64,000 nt of DNA from contig JBGTEX010000034.1 of assembly GCA_041747575.1 (NCBI GenBank), forward strand, positions 1,560 to 65,559, given 5' to 3'. Both the position numbers and the translations under genes were made by a program. This document shows positions 57,047 through 64,000 of this stretch, in pieces; position 1 is the first letter of the stretch, and each line of letters starts with the position of its first letter. Origin of the DNA: Pyrinomonadaceae bacterium. Its GTDB lineage: Bacteria > Acidobacteriota > Blastocatellia > Pyrinomonadales > Pyrinomonadaceae. The notes below the pieces were generated by a model. It saw only the letters and a program-made list of their open reading frames with translations, made no database searches and had not been told where the DNA came from.

Positions 57047-57205
57047 TCGTTAACCGCAAATGAGTCCCAGCGTCCAGCACCGGCCGGCACTAAAACGCGG
57101 GGGCTTATTTTTAGGTTGAAGAAGTTTGGCAAATGGTATATTTTTAAAGCATTCCGCAGAGGTCAGTTGAAAAAAATGCCTGGGTTCGGATGAGGTAATT
57201 AAGTT

Positions 57206-58987
57206 ATGAGTTTTATTAAGAAAAAGTCGATATTGGCCGGTTTTATAGTTTTGCTTCTTTCGAACGTCCCATTTGCAACTGAAAAAACGGATAAGACAGG
57301 CAAACGGGTACGCGGGCCGCTTCAGATAAGCGCCGCTGCATGGGGACCGACGCAAACCGACGTCGATGCCGCGAAAATTCGTGTTGAGCAAAGCAAAGCG
57401 GTCCAAAATATGTTGGCGGGCGTAAAATACCGGTTAGTCGCGTTCGAATATATTGAGCCGTCAACGACGGATAAAAGCCAGCCGACCCCAACCCCGACGC
57501 ACTTTCGCGTTATTTTTTATGATTATACAAACGATAAGGCTGTCCTTGCCGACAGCGACTTTGCGGGCCGGGAACCCGTTATTGTGCAGGAAGCATTTTA
57601 TGATCCCAATGTCGATAGCGAAGAGATTACCGCCGCCGGCAATATAATTAAAGGCGACAACCTGTTTCGTAATCAGAATGCCGAAAAACAGATCGAACTT
57701 TACGAGGCAATGCCGCCGATTTCAAATCAAGACGGCGTCAGGCTCATAAATATCGGCGTCAGAAATCTGGTTACGGGCGAAAATCAGATCGTCGGCGTCA
57801 GTTTGAAGAATGATTCGGTTGTCCGTTACAAGGATAATGCGCCTCCATCGGTTAGGGCAGCACCTGAAGGGTGCGGCATCTCAAGCTCCGGCGGCAGCAC
57901 CGGCCCGGGCGTCGCCGGTCAATATCAAATGGTGGTCAACGAAACCGGGAGTGCAAACCCCCTGTGGGAGATGTTAATCGTCCGCCCTTCGTCCTCGACC
58001 GGTGGTGAGGGTTCGGGCATCGAGATCCGCGACGTCAAATACAGAGGTAAAACCGTCCTGAAACGCGGCCACGCCCCCGTTCTGAATGTAAAATATTTGC
58101 CCGGCGGCGGCTGTGATAACTTTCGTGACTGGCAATATGCCGAAGGCTTTTTTAACGCTCCGGCCGCCGGGGCCAACAATACGGGGCCCGGTTTTAGAGT
58201 TTTAGCGGACGGCCAAATTGCAACGACCTCTGTCGAATCAGGCGTTGACGCCGGAAACTTTCAGGGCGTCGCCGTCTATCGCGAGGACGTCGGAAACGGC
58301 ACGGAGGTCGTCCTCGTAACCGAAATGAACGCCGGTTGGTATAGATATATCATGGAATGGCGGTTTGCTCCCGATGGCACCATCAGGCCGCGGTACGGTT
58401 TTGGCTCGACGGTCAATTCGTGTACTTGTTCGCCAAGGAATCACCATGTTTACTGGCGTTTTGATTTTGACATTGTTCAGCCGAACAACAGCATTTTTCA
58501 ATTCGAAAAACCCGTCGCACGCGGTGGAAAATCACTGGTTCCGTTTACAACCGAATCGGCAATTTTTCGCAATTACGACACTGAGCGGGGATTTTTTATA
58601 AGAAACTCAAACGGCCCCGAAGCTTATCGCGTTATCGCTAACAAAACCGACGAAGAGGCCTATTATACAAATCCGGGCGGCGGCGTCGAAACGTACGGCA
58701 AAGGGGATTTCTGGCTTCTTAAATTTCAAGGCACCGGTTCGTCTGCGAGTGAGGTAAATGATCCGAATTCGACCGGCCCCAACTGTCCGAATTCGACAAA
58801 TGCGTCGGCCATCTGTCTCGAGCCGTGGCTCAATAACGAATCGCTTGTCAACACGGATGTTGTGCTTTGGTACGCTGCGCATCAATTACGCATCGATGAT
58901 GCGAGCCGTCCGGTTCGCTCAGAGCGGCCGCAGGTAATCAGCGGCATCCACGTCGTCGGCCCGGATCTTGTCCCTGTTCGCTGGTAA
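57206..58987 (+). CDS. secreted copper-amine-oxidase-like catalytic-domain protein (divergent)
   Basis: 593 aa with a signal peptide. Segments follow the order of CuAO catalytic-domain blocks: GIEIRDVKYRGKTVLKRGHAPVLNVKY...FRDWQYAEG; VTEMNAGWYRYIMEWRFAPDGTIRPRYGFGS; RNHHVYWRFDFDIV; NTDVVLWYAAHQLRIDD. Pattern-level similarity only. Confidence 0.4.
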   Translation: MSFIKKKSILAGFIVLLLSNVPFATEKTDKTGKRVRGPLQISAAAWGPTQTDVDAAKIRVEQSKAVQNMLAGVKYRLVAFEYIEPSTTDKSQPTPTPTHFRVIFYDYTNDKAVLADSDFAGREPVIVQEAFYDPNVDSEEITAAGNIIKGDNLFRNQNAEKQIELYEAMPPISNQDGVRLINIGVRNLVTGENQIVGVSLKNDSVVRYKDNAPPSVRAAPEGCGISSSGGSTGPGVAGQYQMVVNETGSANPLWEMLIVRPSSSTGGEGSGIEIRDVKYRGKTVLKRGHAPVLNVKYLPGGGCDNFRDWQYAEGFFNAPAAGANNTGPGFRVLADGQIATTSVESGVDAGNFQGVAVYREDVGNGTEVVLVTEMNAGWYRYIMEWRFAPDGTIRPRYGFGSTVNSCTCSPRNHHVYWRFDFDIVQPNNSIFQFEKPVARGGKSLVPFTTESAIFRNYDTERGFFIRNSNGPEAYRVIANKTDEEAYYTNPGGGVETYGKGDFWLLKFQGTGSSASEVNDPNSTGPNCPNSTNASAICLEPWLNNESLVNTDVVLWYAAHQLRIDDASRPVRSERPQVISGIHVVGPDLVPVRW

Positions 58988-59003
58988 ATGGCCAAGCCGG
59001 AAC

Positions 59004-59022
59004 GCGGACGATCCGCGTCCGC
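59004..59022. terminator. GC-rich hairpin GCGGACG-ATCCG-CGTCCGC between convergent genes
   Basis: 7-bp perfect stem located between the stop of 57206..58987 (+) and the stop of 59069..61402 (-). It shares the GCGGAC/GTCCGC arms of the 27.4-kb REP-like units. Confidence 0.4.
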
Positions 59023-59068
59023 GCCCGTTTGTCCGACTGAGTATAGCGCATTGTCCGCGTTCGAATTT

Positions 59069-61402
59069 TTAGTACAGCTTTGTCACCTCGACGCCCGTGT
59101 AATAATGTTTGATGATTTCGTCGTATTTAACGCCCATTTTGGCAAGGCCGTAGGCTCCGTACTGGCACATGCCGACTCCGTGGCCCCAGCCGCGGCCGGT
59201 GAAGGTGTAGCTTGTTACGGTTGAGCCGGAGAATCGTTTGTTGATGACAAAAAGTTGTTCGTTCAGCCGTAAGGCGGAGCGGATCTTGCCGCCTTTGAGA
59301 ATTTTTATCCCGTTTGAGCCTATTATCTCCAGTTCTACGGCGCGGCGGGAAAACCCTTGTTTCTTTATATTTAGATCATAAAGGGTCCCGATACCGCGAA
59401 CATAACGCGAGAGCCGCGAATTCACCGCTGACGCCGAGAGTGATTTGTTCCAATTGGTAAAAGGCGACATGCTTTCCGCCGTTGTCGGCGTGTCGATCGG
59501 TTTTATCTCAAGATATATGACGGCACCGGCCTGATCGAGACGATAATTTATTTGCTCACCGCCCATCAGTGCCGCCTCGCGCACCGGATACATAGTAGTG
59601 CCAAATTCTCGAAAGAGAAACACATCCGGCCGCACCGCCAACTGCTTCTCAGTCTTACCGGTTTTTAGTATCAGCTTACCGTCGGCCGTCGGTTTGGCAA
59701 TGCCGCCGGACAGCTCCGGCATCCATTTCTTTTTTTCGTAGATCTGGCGTATCAGACGCAGCATTCGGGATCGCGAAAATGGGCGGTTTGGTTTTAGCGT
59801 TAGATCGGGATGAATAGAAAAATAACCGTCGCGCAGCAAAATGGCGACGTCTGCGCGTCTTTCTTTTGCGATCTCAGCCGCATCATCAAACGAAAGGTGA
59901 TAATTTATGTCTGATGCGCTGAGCAAGGTGTCGGCGGTTCCCGCAGTATAGATAAAACCGCTGAGAATGCGGGCGAGTTCCACAGGTTTTGGGGTTTCTT
60001 TATTTACATTTGGAAAAGTTTTGCCAAATTTGGCTGCGATATGGTTGAGCCAGTTGGACGTCTCGCTCTCGTTTGGCACATCCTCAAACCAATCATCTGT
60101 CATCTCGCCGGTCGAGAGTTGAAAGCCGTCGGAGGCAAAGAGAGACATGAGGCGGACGAGCTCGAGATTGCCTTCGTCACGCATTTTTGCACTTTGGCGA
60201 ACGGTCTTTATCAGAAACGGCTCGAAGTGCCGGCGCCCTTCGAGTGAGCATTCGACGCCGCGGAGATACGGCTCGGCATGATCAAAAATATTTTCAGAAT
60301 TCTCGGTTCTGCCCCCGCAAGTTGATGTGTAATAAGCGGTTATCGGCTTGCCGTTAAATGTGGCAACGAGGCCGCGTGTCTGCCGGACGGCCTGCGTTCC
60401 CATCTTTGATTCGATCGAGACACCCTTGTAAACCTGTGACGAAACGGTCGGGACCATGTCAAAACCCTTTTTGTCATAACCCCCGATGTTGGCAACGGCA
60501 TACGTTCGGGCGGCGACGGCCTGCGCCTTTTGCGCCTCCAGATTTGGCAGGCTTAATTCGCTGGGAACGACGCCGAGCAGATAATCTTCGAGCGGGACGA
60601 CATTTACAACCGTGAGCGACCCGCGCGAGTTTACAAAAACTTCAATTTTACCGCGGTACGCCTTACCGTTGAGCCGAACCGGATTTGCGCGTTCGTCGAG
60701 CGACCCGAAGGCGACTGATTTGAGCGACGAAAATCTGGCGGGTTCGCTCGGGCCATTGACAATTACTTCGCGCAGATTCGGATCGACAGCGCCGATCACA
60801 TTGGACGCGGCAGAGCCGGTCGTTTTTATCAGGCTGCGCACTTCGCTTTTTCCCGATTTTTTCAGCTGGTTGGACAGGGCCACCGCATCGCCCGACGGCA
60901 CCGCGTTTTTCTCCGAAACCGTAACCGCATCGTCAAACCCCTTATCTGCCAATTTTAGCTTTAGTTCGTCGGCGTCCTCGCTCGTTTCTTTTACGGTTCC
61001 GACCCAAACTTTCCATGTGTTGGCGGCGGGATCGATGCTTGCCAACGCCGTCTCGCCCGTTGAGGCACGGATATCTTTTGCAAGGTCCATTGCAACCGTC
61101 TGCGACGGCAGATTTTGAAACTCGATACGAAAAGTTTCAACCTCCGGCGGCCGGTAGGCGCGAGCCGAAACCGTCACTTTTGTCGCACCAAGTAACACTG
61201 CAGGCTCATCCGGGCTGGCCGCCACGAGAGACGAATCACCCGTCGTTATCGAAACCGAGCTCGCATTTGTCGATAGGCCGATACGGATCAACGGTTCGGG
61301 TCCGAGCCGATAAAATTCGTAACCACCCGCAAAAACGAAACGGGCCAACAGTATAAAAAGGCAAATAAAAACGGCGTGACGCAGATACATCTTTACCATC
61401 AT
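59069..61402 (-). CDS. SpoIID/LytB domain-containing protein
   Basis: 777 aa with a signal peptide. SpoIID signatures YYTSTCGGRTENSENIF and GRGWGHGVGMCQYGAYGLAKMG. Confidence 0.85.
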   Translation of the reverse strand: MMVKMYLRHAVFICLFILLARFVFAGGYEFYRLGPEPLIRIGLSTNASSVSITTGDSSLVAASPDEPAVLLGATKVTVSARAYRPPEVETFRIEFQNLPSQTVAMDLAKDIRASTGETALASIDPAANTWKVWVGTVKETSEDADELKLKLADKGFDDAVTVSEKNAVPSGDAVALSNQLKKSGKSEVRSLIKTTGSAASNVIGAVDPNLREVIVNGPSEPARFSSLKSVAFGSLDERANPVRLNGKAYRGKIEVFVNSRGSLTVVNVVPLEDYLLGVVPSELSLPNLEAQKAQAVAARTYAVANIGGYDKKGFDMVPTVSSQVYKGVSIESKMGTQAVRQTRGLVATFNGKPITAYYTSTCGGRTENSENIFDHAEPYLRGVECSLEGRRHFEPFLIKTVRQSAKMRDEGNLELVRLMSLFASDGFQLSTGEMTDDWFEDVPNESETSNWLNHIAAKFGKTFPNVNKETPKPVELARILSGFIYTAGTADTLLSASDINYHLSFDDAAEIAKERRADVAILLRDGYFSIHPDLTLKPNRPFSRSRMLRLIRQIYEKKKWMPELSGGIAKPTADGKLILKTGKTEKQLAVRPDVFLFREFGTTMYPVREAALMGGEQINYRLDQAGAVIYLEIKPIDTPTTAESMSPFTNWNKSLSASAVNSRLSRYVRGIGTLYDLNIKKQGFSRRAVELEIIGSNGIKILKGGKIRSALRLNEQLFVINKRFSGSTVTSYTFTGRGWGHGVGMCQYGAYGLAKMGVKYDEIIKHYYTGVEVTKLY

Positions 61403-61513
61403 AAAACTATCCGCCGAAAAACGGAAACTGATTTATTTTGTCCGGATGCTTGAAGGGCCTTGAAAAAACCGTGAATCAGGCATATTTTGACTTTATGAAG
61501 GGAAAAAAACGGC

Positions 61514-63934
61514 CTATTTTTCGAGCGAATGAAAAATAAACGGAAATGTTCCCCAGCTTTGGCCCCGATGCTGCGGGCGGAAGGCGAAGAGTATGATCTT
61601 GCCTTTGCCGTAGGCGGTTTCGACGATTGCCGCTTTTCCGTTGAGTTGCTTTTCGCCAAGCATCCAGCCGGACATCAGAGCATCGTTCCATGGATATCTA
61701 GCGATCAATTTTGTGTCCTTGTCATCCGAAATCGCGAAGGCAGAGCTATTCGAAAAATAAGCGGGTGTTGTATCGTGCATACCCTTTGCTATCGGGTGCC
61801 GTGTATCAACCTCGAGCTTTACGACCGATCCCGGATTGTAAAATTCGCTTCGTTTAAGCCCTTTTAGTACATTTTTTATCGGCAGCTTAAACCGTCTGGA
61901 TACCATCTCGCACGAATCGTCAAAACAGATCAGCTTACCGCCGTTTAATACAAATTTTTTGAGGTTTTCGACGCCTGCTTCGCCGATACCGCCTGTATAT
62001 TCGTCCGCGTAACGCTCGTCGCTGAGGCCGTTTACGATAGTATTTTCACTATCGGCCGGCAAAATGATCGCGTCCACATTTAACTTATCCGTCCGTAGAT
62101 CATTGTCCGAAACCGAACTAAACGGTATCTGAAACGTATCGAGAACGAGACGTGTCCAACCTTCGTCCATCGAACCTGTGAAACCCTTGTATAGCCCGAT
62201 TCGCGGATTTGTCTTTAACGGATTCGGCTGTTTTGCAAAGGGCGCTGCTTGCGGGGCGAGATTCATCACGGCACGTGCCTGATCGATATTTTCGACCCGA
62301 TGCAAGGTCGGGCGTTCCTTGCTGAGATCCCTAATCTGCCAGATGGTTTCGTATTCGACGCCCATCTGCAGCGGCAGTGTCCAGCCGGCGACGTCGTAGG
62401 GAACCTCGGCTTCGCCGTTTGCATTTCTGCGGTCGGGATAGGCCTGTTTTTCAAAGAGGCTCAGGACATTATTTTTTTGCGGCTGATTTACAAAAACCAG
62501 AAAGCTGCCAAGAGGGAATTCGTGAAAATCGGCGGCACCCTTTTCGTGTTTTACAAAAAGCTCCTTTGTCATTTGATGAACTTCCATTCCCTGAGTCATC
62601 AGAATTTCCAGAAAACGTGAGATCGTACCGGCTTTGGGCTGTCCGGCGGGGACGATAAACGCAACCGGTTCATCGGTGACGGGGATGAGGTTTGCCCGGC
62701 TGATCTCGTAGAAATTCCGCAGGTATTGCGGGCGGAATTTTGCCGCCATCTGCAGCAAAGCGCGCGACGCCGTCATCTCGAGTTCCGCAATATCGGCTGG
62801 CCGCCACAGACCGCCGTCCCACGGGTCGGGAAAATTTGTTGCGTTTTCTGTCACGGAAGCCAGTCCGCGGGCGCCGCGATTTCGTTTTAGCTCATCGACG
62901 GTGACCGTGTGGGGCGACATAAGAGCGGCGCTTGCTGCCTCAGACAGGATGCCGATCGAATTATGATAATACGGAGCCGACCGAAACCCGCCGTGCCACC
63001 AGGTGTCATAACTCGCATTTGTCGCTACACCGGCGATATTTTTTGCCTGTATATCGGCCGCCATCTTGTATCCGATAAGACCGACCTCACGCAGGATCGA
63101 CGGAGGGATCCGCGGATTAGGCGGGTCAAAAAACGGCGGTATGGTAAAGCGCGATCCGCTTTGCCCCTGCTGATGAACGTCGTAAACGATCTGCGGAAAC
63201 CACTGCTGCCAATAGAGTTTTGTGATCGCCTGCGTTTCGGCAAGATTGAGCATAAACCAATCGCGGTTGTTGTCATGACCGGCGTAATGATGATAAAGCT
63301 CGGGCGGCGATGTGCCTTCGCTCTTTGTGCCAAGCGTTTTGCGATACCAATTGGCGACGATGTCGATGCCGTCGGGATTTGATGACGGGATGAGAAGAAG
63401 AATTGTATTATCAAGTATTTCGGCGGTTTGCGCGTCGTCTGCGGTCGCGAGCTCGAAAGCCAGATTCATCGACATTTGCGAAGCGACGATCTCGGTCGAG
63501 TGAATCGAACACGAGATCGAAACTATTGTCTTGCCATTGCTGACGAGATCGGCGAGGTCGGTTTGGTCCTTCACCGTACGCGGATCAGCCAGTTTTGCGG
63601 ATATTTGGCGATATTTTTCAAGATTCTGAATATTATCCGCCGATGAGATAAATGCAGCGATAAGCGGTTTTCCGTTGGTCGTCTTGCCGATCTCTCGGAC
63701 CGTGACCTTATTACTGGCGGCGTCTAATTTTGCAAAATAATCGCTGATCTGACGCCAGTCGGCGATGGTTTTGTCATCGGTCGGATTAAAGCCGAGAACC
63801 GACTGCGGACTCGGAATCTGGGCGGCAATCGCAAACGCAAAAAAGAGGATTGCAGCACCGAGACGCAGGGTCGCGGAGATATTTGTTGTAAAATTCGGGT
63901 GTGTTGATTTACGAAATCGGGCGAAATTCTTCAT
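61514..63934 (-). CDS. M14 family zinc carboxypeptidase-like metallopeptidase (large, multidomain)
   Basis: 806 aa with a signal peptide. CSIHSTEIVASQM (HxxE zinc ligands) and YAGHDNNRDWF. Confidence 0.75.
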   Translation of the reverse strand: MKNFARFRKSTHPNFTTNISATLRLGAAILFFAFAIAAQIPSPQSVLGFNPTDDKTIADWRQISDYFAKLDAASNKVTVREIGKTTNGKPLIAAFISSADNIQNLEKYRQISAKLADPRTVKDQTDLADLVSNGKTIVSISCSIHSTEIVASQMSMNLAFELATADDAQTAEILDNTILLLIPSSNPDGIDIVANWYRKTLGTKSEGTSPPELYHHYAGHDNNRDWFMLNLAETQAITKLYWQQWFPQIVYDVHQQGQSGSRFTIPPFFDPPNPRIPPSILREVGLIGYKMAADIQAKNIAGVATNASYDTWWHGGFRSAPYYHNSIGILSEAASAALMSPHTVTVDELKRNRGARGLASVTENATNFPDPWDGGLWRPADIAELEMTASRALLQMAAKFRPQYLRNFYEISRANLIPVTDEPVAFIVPAGQPKAGTISRFLEILMTQGMEVHQMTKELFVKHEKGAADFHEFPLGSFLVFVNQPQKNNVLSLFEKQAYPDRRNANGEAEVPYDVAGWTLPLQMGVEYETIWQIRDLSKERPTLHRVENIDQARAVMNLAPQAAPFAKQPNPLKTNPRIGLYKGFTGSMDEGWTRLVLDTFQIPFSSVSDNDLRTDKLNVDAIILPADSENTIVNGLSDERYADEYTGGIGEAGVENLKKFVLNGGKLICFDDSCEMVSRRFKLPIKNVLKGLKRSEFYNPGSVVKLEVDTRHPIAKGMHDTTPAYFSNSSAFAISDDKDTKLIARYPWNDALMSGWMLGEKQLNGKAAIVETAYGKGKIILFAFRPQHRGQSWGTFPFIFHSLEK

Positions 63935-64000
63935 AATCTGTACAAATGTTTTCTTAGTGCCAACCGCGATTCTGCGGTTATTATCCTATGACAGAAAAAA

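Overview
64-kb chromosomal window of moderate G+C. Most of it is housekeeping genes, mainly on the minus strand: membrane pyrophosphatase hppA, an anchor-sdhA-sdhB succinate dehydrogenase operon, comM, PBP4/dacB, two envelope glycosyltransferases, tRNA-Lys(UUU), purA, glgA, rho, engB, lon, tmk, hfq and miaA. There are also many secreted or envelope proteins (S41 peptidase, BNR/Asp-box propellers, VWA, OmpA-like, SpoIID, M14 peptidase, a Ser/Thr kinase with TPR). The gene content, including a VWA protein of the type common in Acidobacteria, suggests an Acidobacteriota-like soil bacterium; this is inference only. No rRNA, CRISPR array or cas genes were seen. The most interesting feature is a 3.3-kb IS1-like transposon shell at 52840..56144. 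It has perfect 25-bp terminal inverted repeats and an 8-bp target-site duplication. Its interior is a solitary single-chain nuclease / N6-adenine methyltransferase / specificity-domain fusion (Type IIG-like) plus a very acidic 65-aa ORF, and only a 115-aa C-terminal transposase stub remains. Other notable observations: (1) an AT-rich decaying patch at 6.1-9.9 kb, holding a paralog with an in-frame stop, a ribosomal protein L11 C-terminal fragment, and a metzincin-like gene split by two compensating frameshifts; (2) a DUF433 antitoxin-type gene translationally coupled inside the sdh operon; (3) a 26-bp-stem hairpin downstream of sdhB that is fully paired only in the minus-strand transcript; (4) REP-like GCGGAC...GTCCGC hairpin repeats; (5) a ~330-bp heptanucleotide tandem array followed by three 20-21-bp iteron-like repeats upstream of comM; (6) a truncated Fic gene next to tRNA-Lys; (7) a 0.9-kb ORF-poor region at 20.2-21.2 kb full of inverted and tandem repeats; (8) a divergent copper-amine-oxidase-like secreted protein. 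All family assignments come from motif recognition by eye, with no database searches. G+C statements are visual impressions, not computed values.
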